From Mobula hypostoma (taxonomy: Eukaryota), in the NCBI RefSeq assembly GCF_963921235.1, contig NC_086097.1:167650001-167714000 (forward strand): a stretch of DNA of 64,000 bases, written 5' to 3'. Below, one piece after another: positions 36,225 through 50,660 of this stretch (positions are counted from its first letter, which is position 1; each line of letters begins with the position of its first letter). Made by a program: the position numbers and the translations under genes. Below the pieces are notes generated by a model. It did no database searches and was not told the DNA's origin. It worked only from the letters and a program-made list of their open reading frames with translations.

Positions 36225-36657
36225 AGTAAAAGCATGGAGGCGTGCTCAAGAGTTTCAGTTGTTATTCAGACCAAACATCAGAGTGGGGAAGAAGTGTAAT
36301 CTAAGTGACTTTGTCCATGGCATAATTGTTGATGCCAGACATAGTGGCTTGAGTATCTCAAAAACTGCTGATTTCACGGGATTTTCACAGACCACCACCT
36401 GTAGAGTCTACAGAGAGTGTTGCGGTCAACAAAAAGTATCCATCGAGTGGCAGTTCTGTGAGTGAAAACGCTTTGTCTGAGGAGAATGGACAGACTGTTC
36501 AAGCTGACAGGAAGACAGCAGGAACTCAAATAACCACATGTTAGAACTGAAATGTACGGAAGAGCATTTCTGAACACACATGTTGAAACTTGGAGTGGAT
36601 AGGCTACAGCGCCGAAAGACCACGAACATAGGTACCAAATAAAGTGACCTCTGAGTG
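36225..36657 (+). mobile_element. Non-autonomous Tc1-like element (transposase N-terminal HTH remnant + right end)
   Basis: ORF 36259-36465 reads GKKCNLSDFVHGIIVDARHSGLSISKTADFTGFSQTTTCRVYRE. The element ends aataaagtgacctctgagtg|TA. Confidence 0.7.
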
Positions 36658-36989
36658 TAAATAGTAAATGCTTGAAGGACCAAGTACTCTAGGGTTTTCA
36701 ACTACTTACAATCTTACAACCCAATAAAAGACCTATTTAGTCCAACTCCTTGTTTTCCATATGATAACCAGTTTTCCATCCACACTAACACACTTCCTAA
36801 AACATATGCATCAGCCTCTTAAGTGGCATCTTGATAAATGCCGTTTGAAATCCAAATAAACTACATCAGCAGGATCCCCTTTCCCTACTCTGGGCATTGC
36901 AGGAAGAATTCAATGTTAAACACAATTTGAGACTGTCACAGGGAGAATTCATATAATTGAACAGTAGGGATCATTTATTTCTAATAGGT

Positions 36990-37330
36990 GATATTTTGGG
37001 CCAAGATCCTTCATCAGGACTGGAAAGGAAGGCAGCAGAAGCCAGAATGAGAGGGTGGGGAATGGGGAGCTTCTCACTTTATCCCCCCTCACTCACCCAT
37101 CCATCCCCCCCCCACCTACCTTCCCCTATCACCTGCCATCTTGTACTCCTTTCCCTCCCTCCCCCACCTTCTTATTCTGGCTTCTTACCCCTTCCTTTCC
37201 AGTCCTGATGAAGGGTCTCCGCTTGAAATTCTGACTGTTTATTCCTCTCCATAGATGCTGTCTGACCTGCCAAGTTGTTCTAGCATTTTGTGAGTGTTAT
37301 TCTGGATTTTCAGCATCTGCAGAATCTCTT
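36990..37330. mobile_element. Penelope-derived element with inverted arms and degenerate hammerhead
   Basis: ccttcatcaggactggaaagg at about 37010 is mirrored by cctttccagtcctgatgaaggg at about 37195-37215. Confidence 0.7.
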
Positions 37331-39774
37331 ACATTTGCATAGGTTGAATAGGTTGGAACTTTATTCCTAAAACATAGAAGATTGAGGGGAGATTTGTTAG
37401 AGATGTACAAAATTATGGGTATAGATAGGGTACCTGATAATTTCGACAGACAACCGAAGAGAAGCAGGCTTTTGCTACTGAGGTTCGTTGAGACTAGAAC
37501 TAGAGGTCATAGGTTAAGGGTGAAAGGTGAAATGTTTAAGGGGAAATCAGGGAGAGCTTCTTCACTCAGAGGGTGATGAGAGTGGGGAATGATTGACACA
37601 GGTTCAATTTCAGCATTTAAAAGCAATTTCAATAGATTAGATAGGCCAGGTGGCTGTTTCTATGCTGTAGGTTTCTATGATTCTATGATTTTATCATTTA
37701 TTTCTAAAATGCATTTATTACATCAATGTGGGTCAGGACAAGAAATTATTTCTTAAAGCAGCTTGAGTATTATGTGTATTTCTGGTTTCTTAATCTAAGG
37801 ATAAGTATTCTTTCTTGAAAATAGTGCAGTAAAGGATCACCAGACTGAATTATGGGTTGGCAGGACTGATGCATGAAGAATGATTGGGTTATAGTCACTG
37901 TAATTTAGAGATTAGATACATCATAGGCACATCTATCCCCACCATCACTAGTATCTGCAGAACATGCAGCTTTAGAAGACAAAATCCATCATCAAAGATC
38001 CCCACCATCCAGGTCTGCCATCTTTCATAGCTACCATCAGGTAGGGGTTACAGGAGCCTGAAGCACCACCTCACCAGGTTCCTGCACAGCTACTTCCCTT
38101 CAACTGCTCAGTTCTGGAACCAACTGACTTCTTCCCAAATTGTGTTCTTTCTTGTAAAACCTGTGTATAATTTATGGTTAATTTTTGTTTACTTGTGAAT
38201 GTTACTTGTGTGATGTTACAAGCCAGTGATCAGAATCAGGTTTATTATCACCGGCATATAGCATGAAATTTGTTGTTTTGCGACAGCAAGTAAGTTTTCG
38301 TTGCATCTGTAATTACATGTACTGGTGCATATGACAGTAAACTCAACATTGACTTTGAGAGGAGCTCTCATTGAAATGTATGAGATCAACCTGGGACTAG
38401 TCAGAAAGGATGTCCCACAGATCGGGGAATCCAGAACAAGGGATCACAGCCTGAGAAGACAGATAAACCATTTATGACTGGAATGAGGAGAAATTTCTTC
38501 TCCCAGAGGGTGAGGAAGCTGTGTAATTCTCTATCACTGGAAGTAATTGACAGTAAGTTATTGAATGTATTTTGGTGTGGTTCTTATGGCTAAAGATTCC
38601 AAGAGACTTCAGGAGAATGCTTTGTTTTGGTTTTCTTTCATTTTGTTTTAATTGTGTCATTTCTTGTATAATTTTTATATAATTTATGTACAATTTATGT
38701 TTCTCTTGTGTATCTAATAGTAGGTGCCAGCAGTGCAGCTGCTAGTAGTTTTTCATTGCACCTGCGCATAAGTTAATAGTGCACATGATATTCAATCCGA
38801 CTCAAAAGCAGGAACAGCGCACAGAACGTGGACAATCAGCCAGGATTGTACTGAATAAGGTAGCAGGCTCTACTTGCCAACAAGACCATTCCTGCCTCAG
38901 TTGTCAGTAATTCTATACTTCCAGGCATCAACCAAGTGAATATTGTCTGCACTGCCTCAGCACAAGCATATCCTTCCTTAAACATTCAAAAAAAACTGTA
39001 TATGGTATTCCAGTTGCACCTCACCCACCAGAATCTGTGGAACCTTAGTAGATTACAATCAACTAACAAAGACATTTGCATTTACAAGTACAGTTATATC
39101 CACTGTGTAACCATTTCCTTTTAGACCTCAGATGTAAGGCACCAGCCACAACTTTAGCTCCATTAATTTGCTTATCCTTTTCTTCTAAAGATTGTGATTG
39201 TTTTATGCTTCCCTTCTATATAGATGTTTGATTGTATATTATAGGACCATAAGACATAGGAGTAGAATTAGGCTATTCAGCCCATTGAGTCTGCTCTGCC
39301 ATTTGTGCATAACAGGTTTATTATTACTGGGATGACTTTAATGTCCACCACTTTGAAGAATGATCATTTGTGAAGGCAATTACTTTGATCATTTATTTCT
39401 TAAAACATAGTTACTGGGAGAATTCAGGGAATTAAACAACATGACATAGTAACTACGTGAATTCCTTTATTAAATATTAGGAGAGGATTCTGGAAGAATT
39501 CTGCTATTAAAACAGAGCGAGTGCTCCTGGGAGAGTTTGTTTATTACAACGGTGTATAGCAATTAATGCGAAGATATCTTCACAACACAATTACCATGAG
39601 GTACCATTTGCTTTGTTGGAGCAGTATAAAATTTAAGGGAGAACTTGATTAATATAATATTGAGACTGAGAGAATTTATTTATTAAATCACTGGGGCACA
39701 GTGGCTAGTAAATTCATATGTTATAACTGTGCAATAGTCATTGGGAAAATTAATTTGTAAAGACAGTAGGAGAT

Positions 39775-42409
39775 GAATTGCCTGGGAAATGAATATTCAA
39801 GGGTATACGTCCTATCGAAAGGACAGACTGATGGGCAGAGGGGGTGGGGTGGCTCTGTTGGTGAGGAATGATATTCAGTCCCTTGTGAGGGGGGACATAG
39901 ATTCAGGAGACGTAGATAGAACTGAGAAATTCTAAGGGTAGAAAGACCCTAATGGGAGTTATCTACAGGCCTCCAAACAGTCGTCTGGATGTAGGGTGTA
40001 AGTTGAAACAAGTGTTAAAATTGGCATGTCGCAAAGGTAATGCTACAGTTGTTATGGGGGACTTCAACATGCAGGTAGACTGGAGGAATCAGGTTGGTAC
40101 TGGACCCCAAGAAAGGGAGTTTGTGGAGTCCCTCCGAGATGGATTCTTAGAACAGCTTGTACTGGAGCCTACCAGAGAGAACGCAATTCTAGATTTAGTG
40201 TTGTGCAATAAACCAGATTTGATCAGGGACCTCGAGGTAAAGGAGCCATTAGGAGGTAGTGACCATAATATGATAAATTTTAATCTACAATTTGAGAGGG
40301 AGAAGGGAAACTCGGAAGTGTCAGTATTACAGTTGAACAAAGGGAACTATGGTGCTATGAGGGAGGAGCTGGCCAAAGTTCAATGGAACAATACTCTAGC
40401 AGGGATGACAGTGGAACAGCAATGGCAAGTGTTTCTGGGAATAATGCGGAAGGTGCAGGATCAGTTCATTCCAAAGAGGAAGAAAGATTCTAAGGGGAGT
40501 AAGGGGAGGCCATGGCTGACAAGGGAAGTAATGGACAGTATAAAAATAAAAGAGAAGAAGTATAACATAGCAAAGACGAGTGGGAAGCCGGAGGATTGGG
40601 AAACTTTTAAAGAGCAACAGAAGGTAACTAAAAATGCAATACGTGGAGAAAAAATGAAGTACGAAGGTAAACTAGCCAAGAATATAAAGGAGGATAGTAA
40701 AAGCTTCTTTAGGTATGTGAGAAGGAAAAAAATAGTTAAGACCAAAATTGGGCCCTTGAAGACAGAAGCGGGTGAATTTATTATGGGGAACAAGGAAATG
40801 GCAGACGAGTTGAACAGGTACTTTGGATCTGTCTTCACTAGGGAAGACACAAACAATCTCCCAGATGTAATAGTGGTCAAAGAACCTAGGGTAATGGATG
40901 AACTGAAGGAAATTTATATTAGGCAGGAAATGGTGTTGGATAGGCTGTTGGGTCTGAAGGCTGATAAGTCCCCGGGACCTGATGGTCTGCATCCCAGGGT
41001 ACTTAAGGAGGTGGCTTTAGAAATCGTGGACGCATTGGTAATCATTTTCCAATGTTCTATAGATTCAGGATCAGTTCCTGCGGGTTGGAGGTGGCCAATG
41101 TTGTCCCTCTCAGACGGGATTGGTCTGAGTCAGCATGGATTTACGAAGGGGAAATCGTGCTTGACTAATCTTCTGGAATTTTTTGAGGATGTAACTATGA
41201 AAATGGACAAGGGACAGTCAGTGGATGTGGTGTACCTGGACTTTCAGAAAGCCTTTGATAAAGTCCCACATAGGAGAGTAATGGGCAAAATTAGGGCACA
41301 TGGTATTGGGGGCAGAGTACTGACATGGATTGAAAAATGGCTGGCTGACAGAAAACAAAGAGTAGCGATTAACGGGTCCCTTTTGGAATGGCAGGCGGTG
41401 ACCAGTGGGGTACCGCAGAGATCAGTGCTGGGACCGCAGCTGTTTACAATATATATTAATGATTTAGATGAAGGAATTAAAAGTAACATTAGCAAATTTG
41501 CTAATGACACAAAGTTGGGTGGCAGTGTGAAATGTGAGGAGGATGTTATGAGAATGCAGGGTGACTTGGACAGGCTGGGTGATTGGGCAGATGCAGTTTA
41601 ATGTGGATAAATGTGAGGTTATCCACTTTGGTGGTAAGAACGGGAAGGCAGATTATTATCTAAATGGAGTCAAGTTAAGAAAAGGGGAAGTACAATGAAA
41701 TCTAGGTGTCCTTGTTCATCAGTCACTGAAAGTAAGCATGCAGGTACAGCAGGCAGTGAAGAAAGCTAATGGCATGCTGGCCTTCATAACAAGGGGAATT
41801 GAGTTTAAGAGCAAAGAGGTCCTTCTGCAGCTGTACAGGGCCCTGGTGAGACCACACCTGGAGTACCGTGTGCAGTTTTGGTCTCCAAATTTGAGGAAAG
41901 ACATACTTGCTATTGAGGGAGTGCAGCGTAGGTTCACAAGGTTAATTCCAGGGATGGCGGGACTGTCATATGTTGAAAGATTGGAGCGACTGGGCTTGTA
42001 TACTCTGGAATTTAGAAGGCTGAGAGGTGATCTTATTGAAACATATAAGCTTATTGGACGCGCTGGAGGCAGGAAGCATGTTCCCACTGATGGGTGAGTC
42101 CAGAACCAGAGGCCACAGTTTAAGAATAAGGGGTAGGCCATTTAGAACTGAGTTGAGGAAATACTTTTTCACCCAGAGAGTGGTGGATATATGGAATGAT
42201 CTGCCCCAGAAGGCTGTGGAGGCCAAGTCTCTGGATGCTTCCAAGAAAGAGATGGATAGAGCTCTTAAATATAGCGGAATCAAAGGTTATGGGGATAAGG
42301 CAGGAACTGGGTACTGATTGTGGATGATCAGCCATGATCACAGTGAATGGCGGTGCTGGCTCGAAGGGCCGAATGGCCTACTGCTGCACCTATTGTCTAT
42401 TGCCTATTG
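39775..42409 (+). mobile_element. CR1 ORF2 copy (549-aa open frame, internal deletion near 41100) inserted into the 39-bp array
   Basis: ORF 39952-41601 has IYRPP, GDFN, GSDHN, YLDFQKAFDKVPH and KFANDTK. The tail is ctattgtctattgcctattg. Array units flank both sides. Confidence 0.93.
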
Positions 42410-43525
42410 ATATAGTTCTGGGAGGATTTACCTTTTAAATCAGCAGGGAATAGTTATGGGAGAAATCATATTAAATCTGCAAGGAGCAGCTTCTGGGAAA
42501 ATTCATATTAAATCATTGAGATAGTTACTGGAAGAATTCATCTATTGAAGCACAAAGGCATAGTTTGTCTTTAAGTAAGCAGGAGACAGTTACAGAGAGA
42601 ATTTCCCTATTAGATCAGCAAGGGACAGTTATTGGCAGAATTTATTACATGAGCAGGAGACAGTTACTGGGAGAACGGGCCTTTTAAATCAGCAGAAGAT
42701 AGTTATGGGGAGAATTCATCGATTAAATCGACAAGAGACGCTGATCAGGAGAATCTATCGTTTAATTCAGCAGGACCTGGTTACTGGGAGAATTCATTTA
42801 AATCCACAGGCAAGAGTTACTGGGAAAATTTATTAAATCAGCGGGGACAGTTACTGGAAAAAAAACCATACACTTAATCAGCAAGAGATGGATATTTTGA
42901 GAATTCATTTGTTATAAAAGTGGCAGGTAATTACATAGAGGATTGAGTTATTAAAACAACAGGGAACAGTTACTGGCAGAACTCCTGTATTAAACCATTG
43001 GGAGACTTTTATTAGGATAATTATATTGTGAAACAGATTGAACCAGTTTCTACAATTCGTCTGTTACTGCCAGAATTACTTTTTCTTAACAGGAGTATTA
43101 TTTTTGGGATAATGTACTTATTAAATAATGGAATATAGTTACCGAGATAACTAATTTTTATAACAGCAGGATATAGTTTTGGGAAAATTCAGCTGTAAAA
43201 CAATGGAGGACTGTTGCTCAAATAATTTGTTTAGCAAAACACCAACTGAATGTTGTTTTAAAATTTAATTTATTTAAATAGAAGGCAACTTCTAGAAGAA
43301 TTTATTCATTAAAACAGTGGGAACATTTATTGGGAGAATTCAGTTATTAAATCAGTTTGGAAGTTAGTTACTGTGGGGAATTTATCAACATTTTTGGAAG
43401 AATACGTTTATTGTCATAGCAGCAGGCAATTTATGGGAGAAATAAATCATTAATTTATCAGAAGAACATTTTTGGGCAAATTCATGTATTATAACAGAAG
43501 GAGACAGTTATATGGAGAATTAATT

Positions 43526-43974
43526 GCTTTTTTCTTTTTTTTCTTTTTAAATCTTTTTATTAAATAAGTATACAAAAAGGTAAGCCATATAGACACTAAT
43601 ACACTGTTAGAATATAATAAAATTACAGAAGATATTAATACAAAAAAAATACTACAAACAATGTAATTTAAACATAACATACCAAGGTAACATAATAGTA
43701 TACTAATTTTATATATATATCAATAGAGAAAAGGAAAAAAACCCCCCCAAAAAAAACCCACCGTGCAACTAACTAAAAGCAAAGCAAAGCAATGGGCTAA
43801 CTTGAAACCAAACAGAGTTAAGCTTAAAATCACGTCCTCAATCCCGACCTCCATTAAAAACAGTAAAAAAAAAACAAGAAGGGTATATATTACATTAAAT
43901 GAAAATATTGAGTAAAAGATCTCCAAGTCTGTTCAAATTTAAATGAGGAGTCATAAAGATTGCTTCTAATTTTC
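43526..43974 (-). mobile_element. 5'-truncated L1/Tx1-clade LINE 3' end, same family as 61191-64000
   Basis: Close match to 61200-61640, with an A-rich tail on the minus strand. Likely TSD gagaattaatt(g/t)ctt at 43515-43529 and 43977-43991. Confidence 0.88.
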
Positions 43975-45692
43975 AAGAGAATTAATTTCTTATCATAGAT
44001 GGAGATGCTTTTGAGGGAATTTATTTATTAAAATATCAGGAGACTATGCAAGGAGGTCCGATTTATATAAGTGGCAGGACACTGTCACTGAGCGTTCAGT
44101 TATTAAAACAGAGATATACAGTTCATCTGAGATCTTAAAACTAGAAAGCATTTAATGGAAAACTTAGATGTAGATAGATACTGAGAGAATTCATGTATTG
44201 AAACAACAGGAGACAAATGCCAGAAGAATACATTAAATAAAAGATAGGCAAATTGATTTGTTGTTAAAGCTTTGGTGGACAATTACTAGCACACAAAAAG
44301 GAAAACTGCTTCTTGGAGAACTGGAATATTGTGACAAGGGATTTAACGTATTTGCTAAGAGCAGGGTACAGCAGTTCACAGTTACTTTGAGAAATCATCA
44401 GCTAAACTGTGGGAGCATTCAGTTGCTAAAGAGAGCCGCTGGGAGAATTAACTTACTGAAATGTAAGTGGAGGAACTTAGAAGGAAAATAAATGTATTCA
44501 AAAAACAGGAGACAGTTGTTGGGAGAATTTGACTATAAGAATAGTGGAAGAAAGTTACTGAGAGAATTCAGTTGTTCAATCACTAGGAGAGAGTTACCAG
44601 AATTTGTTTATTTATGCAGCCAGAACAGGAAGAATTTATTCTATTAAGAAATACAGCAAATATTCAGAAGACAATCAAAGGGAGAAATCATCAGGAGATG
44701 GTTACTGGGAAATTTCAGTGATGAAAACTTGAGAGTTATTGGGTGATTAATTTATTGAAACATTGGGAGGCAATTATTAGTAGAATTCAGTTATTATAAC
44801 AACAGGGAAGTGTCACTCAGAGACTACATTTACAAAAGTGCTGGGACATTGCATATGTCAAATTCAGATAATAAACTACTGGAAATGGGTACTGAGAACC
44901 TCACAAATAAAAAGTACAAGAGGTCAGTGAGAGAATTCAGTTATTTAAGAATTACTAGGAGAATTATGTTATTGCAACAATCGTGGACAGTAACTGAGAG
45001 AAGGTGTTTATTAAAATAAGAATTCTCATATCAAAACGGCATACTGAGAGAATGCATGTATTGAAATAGTGGGAACCAGTTATTGATAGAATTCTGTTAT
45101 CCAAACAGCAAGCCATAGTTACTGGGAAAAGAAATCCTTTAATATAACTGCCGGAGAAGGTTAACTATGTTCATTTCTTAAAACAGAGGTGGGTTAGGGA
45201 AAGTTCTGTTATTGAAACTGCAGGAGACAGTTTCTGTAAGGAAGTGGGAGTCAGTAAATGGGAGAAATCCCTTAGCAAAACAGCAGGGGGCTGTTACTGA
45301 CAGAATTCAGTTAATAAAGCAGTTACTGGGAGCATTCAATAATTAAAACCATGGTAGACAGTTACAGGGAGAATTAATTTATTGAAATAACTGGGAACAG
45401 ATGCAGAGAGATTTCATTTCTTAAAATAGTGAGAGACAATTACTGGAGAAATTCCTTAATAGAACATCAGAGCAGGTATTGGGAGAAGTCAGTAATTAAA
45501 ACAGTGAAAGACAGTTACTGCAAGAGTTTAGTTGGTTAAAAAGCAAGAGACAGTGACTGGGAGAGATCAGTTGTTATAACTGTGGGTGCAGTAATTGGGA
45601 GAAACCCTTTATTTAAACAGTTGGAGACAGTGACTGGGAGAGTTCAGTTATCTAATCAGAATGAGAGTTACTGAGAGAAAGTTCATAAAAGG

Positions 45693-46137
45693 GATACAGA
45701 AGACTACAGATGCTTGAACCTGGAGCAACAAACAATCTGCTGGAGGAACTCAGCAGATTGAGCAGCATCTTGGAGGAAAGGAATTGTCAATGTTTTGGGT
45801 GGAAACCCTGCATCAGGACTGAGAGGGGAGATGGCCAGTATAGAGAGGAGAAGGTGGGTGTCAAGGAAGTACTCTGAGGTGGTTGGTGGACTGAGAAGGG
45901 GTGTAAGAAGGTAGTGCCAGGTAGGGGAGGGGAATAGAGGTAGAGTTGGGAGAGAGTGGCAGGTGTGTGATAGGTGGAAGCATCCAAAGAGGGAAAGAGA
46001 GGAAAATATGGAGAGGCAGGTGCAGCAAGTTGTGGAGAGAGAAGGTTGAAAATTAGAGAAAGCTGCTCAACTCCTATCCAAAACAATGACAATTCCTTCC
46101 CTTCTTCAGATACTTCTTGAGTTCCCCCAGCAGATTT
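45693..46137. mobile_element. Penelope-derived element with inverted termini
   Basis: aatctgctggaggaactcag...gaattgtcaatgttttgggtggaaaccctgcatcaggact is mirrored by gacaattcc...tgagttcccccagcagatt. Confidence 0.65.
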
Positions 46138-46479
46138 CATTTCTTACAAGAGTGGAAGACAGAAGTAGAAATCATCCTAAAATGGTGGGAGACAGTTACT
46201 GTGAGAATTAAATTATTTATGTTACAGGAGCCAATTATTGGGACTTATCGTTTATTTAAGCGGTGGGAGGCTGATTCCAGAAGAATTCATTTCTTTAAAA
46301 AGGTGGGAGGGTGTTACTGGGAGATTTCAGTTACTGAAGCAGTGACTCACAAACTACTGGGAGAATTCTAATACTTAAACAGCAGGAAACTGTTACTCAA
46401 AATTCATGTATTAAAACTCCAAGAGACAGTTTGGGGAGAATTCAGTTATTGATACAGTAGGAGACAGTTACTGGGAGCA

Positions 46480-48930
46480 TTTGTGGCATACAACATAAAA
46501 GCACGTCCTTTGCTCCGCTATGCCCCAATGACCATCAAGTGTCAATCTATAACTATCCTATTTACCAGCACTTAACAATTACCTTCACAGTTCAAATCCT
46601 CGTGAATGAAGAGAGGCAACGTACCCTCGGGTCCAACTCATTTGTGCTGATCATGGCATCCGCCAAGCTAGTCCCACTTGCCTATGTATGACCCATATCC
46701 CTCTAAACCTTTCCTATTCATGCCTTTTTAATGTTATTATTATACATGCCTCAACCACTTCCTTTGGCAACTCCTTCCATATATGTGGCACCCTCTTCAT
46801 GAGGAAGTTCCCATCAGGTCATTTTTAAGTCTTTCCCTTTTCATCTTAAACCTATTAACGCTAGTTTCTCATTCCTTTTCTCTTGGGTTAAGACTATGTG
46901 TGCTCAGCCTATTTATATCTATCATCATTTCATACACTTCCATAAGGTCACCCCAACCTCCTTCATTCCTAGCTGACCCTTTAAGTCCTATCTCTCTCTA
47001 TAACTCAGGTTCTCGACTCCTGGCAGCATTCTTAAACTGTAAATCTCTTCTGCAGTCTCTCCAGTTTAATGGTTTCTTTCCTATAATAGGGTAACCAACA
47101 CTACACAATCCACACCAATGTTTTGTACAATTCAAAGTCCAAGTTTTAGTTTATTGTTATATGCACAGGTGCAATGAAAATCCTTCTTGCAGCAGCATGG
47201 CAGGCAGAAAGCATCTGATACACAACATTCAGAACAAAAACATAAATTAGACAAAGTTATTTGAAATGATACAAGAAAGAACACAGTTAGAACAAAACCA
47301 AAATCTAGTTAATTTTTAATGTTGTGAAAACCTGTGCTCTTCCATCCCTCTGGCAGTGTGTTCGGATTGTAACCTTTTTTCTGGTGAAAAAATTCTTCCT
47401 CGCATTCCTTCTAATTGACTTACTCACTGCCTTAAACCCACACCCTCCTGTCTTAAACACCTCTACTCTAGTGATAAGTTTCTTTTTATCTACCCTATCT
47501 ATGTCCCTTGTGATTTTGTATACCTCAGCCACATCCCACGTCTTCCCTCCGGGTACAAGGAAAACAAATGCAAGATATCTGGTCTTGTCTCATATCCGAA
47601 TTGGTGTATACCAGGCAACATCATGGTGAATATCCTCTGCATCCTCTCCAGTATAATAACCTCTTTTCTTTGGTGTGGTGACCAGAACACACAATGCTCC
47701 AGCTGTAGTCTAGCCATCATTTCGTAAAGTTGTATAAAGCTTCACTATCCTTACAGTCAGTGCCCTAGCCAATGAAGGGAACTATCCTGATTGTCATCTA
47801 ATATGTCTGTGTTGCTACCTTTAAGGTTTCTTGGACTTGTATGACCCCATCCTCAGTACTCCATTGTCCTACACTTATTAGTCCTTCCAAAGTGTTATCT
47901 GCTTGGAATTACCAGGATTAAACTCCCTCAGCCATTGTTGCACCCATTTTTGCAACTCATTGTATATAGGCAAATGCCCACAATGACCCTCCGATAAACA
48001 ATGCTATTTGTATGTCATCTGCAAGCACATTATTCATACTTCCTATATTCATGAGAAAATGGTTACTGCATATTACAAATGTCGCAGGTCCCAGCAGTGG
48101 TCCCTGTAGTACACCACTGCTCATAGATCTCCAATTGCAAAATCAGCCGTCTGTCCTAAGACCATACGATATAGGAGCAGAATTAGGCCACTTAGCCCAC
48201 TGAGTTTGCTCCACTATTTTTTTATGGCTGATCCATTTTTCCTCCCAGCCCCAGTTTCCTACCTTCTCACCATAAACTTTCATGCCTTGACTAATCAAGA
48301 ATCTATCAATCTCTGCCTTAAATATACCCAATGACTTGATTTCCACAGCTACCTGTGGCAATGAATTCCACAGATTCACCACTCGCTAGCTAAAAAAATT
48401 CCTCCTCATCTGTTCCAAATGGACATCCCTCTATTCTGAGGCTGTGTCCTGTAGTCCTAGACTCCGTCACCAGAGGAAACATCTTCTCCACATCTATTCT
48501 ATCAAGGCCTTTAAACATTCAATTGGTTGCAACAAGATTCCCTCCACCGCCCCTCCCCCATTCTTCTGAATTCCAGTACAGGCCCGGAGCCATCAAATGC
48601 TCCTCGTGTGATAAGCCTTTCAATCCTGAAATCATGTTCATAACCTCCTTTGAAACCTCTTCAAAGTTAGCACATCCTTTCTTAGAGAAGGGGCTCAAAG
48701 GTGCTTATCACGTTCTGCCTCGTGTTACAAGGCCAATTCTGGAACAAACATGCCAACTTGTTTTGAATTCCATAAAGTCTGACCTTGTGGAACAGTCTCT
48801 CAAGTGGGACTTTATCGAAGGCTAACTGAGGTCTATGTAGACTACGTCAACTGCACTGACTTCATCAGTACACTTTGTTGCCTCTCCAAAAGATTCAAAC
48901 AAATTAGTTAGACCGGATTTGAGATGGAGA
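46480..48930 (-). mobile_element. Cluster of degraded, nested CR1 fragments
   Basis: ORFs 47499-47720 (LEHCVFWSPHQRK), 48143-48382 (VNLWNSLPQ) and 48822-49028 (LTNLFESF..AVDVVYID). Confidence 0.75.
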
Positions 48931-50216
48931 GCGTTCTGCCTGGTCTGAACACTCCAATGTGCAGGATCAAGAGAGGCTGTAGAGAGTTGTAGAGCTCCAG
49001 CTCCATCACAGGTACAACCCTGACACATTCGACTGTATTTTCAAAAGACAGTGCCTCAAGAAGGCAGCATCCATGTTAAGACCCTTACCATCTCCTGAAC
49101 ACTACCTCACTGTTCCTCTTTGGCACGATTTGTTTTTTTAAACTTATGGAAATTTTAATGTTTTGTACTGTCACAAAACAGTAAACTTCATGTCAATTGT
49201 AATAAACCTGATTTTTATTCCGATTCTGAGTAAAGTCATGCTGATTAACTTTGATCATCCTTGCTTTTTAAGTCTAGATTAATCCTGTTCTCAGATTTGT
49301 CCCAATAGTTTCCCTGCCTTTGGCATCTGCTTTCGTCTTCCTGATTGTCGAACAACAGTGTCCATCTCCTTAATGAACATAGATCAAAGGAATTAATGTA
49401 AGATCCCGGCAATAGTGGTGGAGGCGGATACGATAGGGTCTTGTAAGAGACTTTTGGATAGGTACATGGAGCTTAGAAAAATAGAGGGCTATAGGTAAGC
49501 CTAGTAATTTCTAAGGTAGGGACATGTAAGGCACAACTTTGTGGGCCGAAGGGCCTGTATTGTGCTGTAGGTTTATTATGTTTCTATCCCACCTCTATCC
49601 TCTGACTCCAATAATACATTTAACCTATAGCAGACATTTACGAGAAGAATTCAGTTATTGAAAAAGTGGAAAGCAGTGACTGAGAACAGTAGTGGTACAT
49701 GACTGGGAAATTTAATTTATAAATGGTGGGACACAGTTATTGAGAGAAATCACTTATTTATACAACAGAAATTAGTTACTGGGAGAACTCAGTTAAACAA
49801 TAAGAGACAGTTCCTGGGAGAATTTAGCTATTAGAACATGAAGACTGTCCCTGGTAAAATTCGCTTGGTAAAACAGTGGGAAACCACTGCTAGGAATAAG
49901 ATAATGCTTATTAGAACAGTGTAAAAGTTTGTTGGGTGAGTTTAGATATTCAACTAACAAAAGTTACTGAGAATTAAATTTTTAAAACCATATTCAATAA
50001 TTGAAACAATGGGAAACAATTACTGGAAGAATTATTTATAAAATATAGGGAGAGAGTTACTACTAGAATCCTATTATTAAAATAATAGGAGACAAACATT
50101 GAAAGAGCTCATATTAATAGAGAAGGTAGTTATTGGCAGAAACCCCTAGTTAACTAAGTGGAAGATAGTTATTGGGTGAAGTTCCTAATTAAATTTGCAG
50201 ACAATATGCCTGCAGT

Positions 50217-50373
50217 ACACACAAAATGCTGGAGGAACTCAGCATAATAAAGGGTTTCAGCCCAAAACCTTGGCTGTTTATTCCCCTCCATAGATGCTGC
50301 CTGACCTGCTGAGTTCCTCCAGTATTTTGTGTTTGTTGTTCAAGATATTCAGCTTTTGCAGAATCTCTTGTGT
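50217..50373. mobile_element. Palindromic Penelope-derived short element
   Basis: acacacaaaatgctggaggaactcagca is mirrored by tgctgagttcctccagtattttgtgt. Confidence 0.75.
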
Positions 50374-50593
50374 CGAGAATTTGCTGAAGAACTCGATCAT
50401 TAAAACAGTGGCAGAAGACTATTATTATGGGAAATGCAAGACTATACGTAGTAGACTTCATTTATTAAAATGGTGAGCTGTTTCTGGGAGAATTAAGTCA
50501 TTTAGATGGCAGGAGACCAGTGGAGAATTTAGTTATTAAAACAGCAATGTTCAAAGTTAAAGTATTATCAAAGAACATACATGTTACCATAGA

Positions 50594-50660
50594 CAGTACT
50601 GTGTAAAAGTCTTAGGCACATATATATAGCTAAGGTGCCTAAGACTTTTGCACAATACTG
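50594..50660. mobile_element. 67-bp Tc1/mariner-type MITE (almost entirely TIR)
   Basis: cagtactgtgtaaaagtcttaggcac ... gtgcctaagacttttgcacaatactg|TA, inserted in a Rex-type tail. Confidence 0.8.

Noticed and set aside
42410..45680. CRISPR-like array
   Set aside because: Units are contiguous and degenerate along their whole length. There is no constant repeat with unique spacers, no cas genes, and the context is eukaryotic.
42410..45680. Immunoglobulin switch region or RSS array
   Set aside because: There is no AGCT-dense pattern, no CACAGTG-spacer-ACAAAAACC pairs and no Ig-domain exons.
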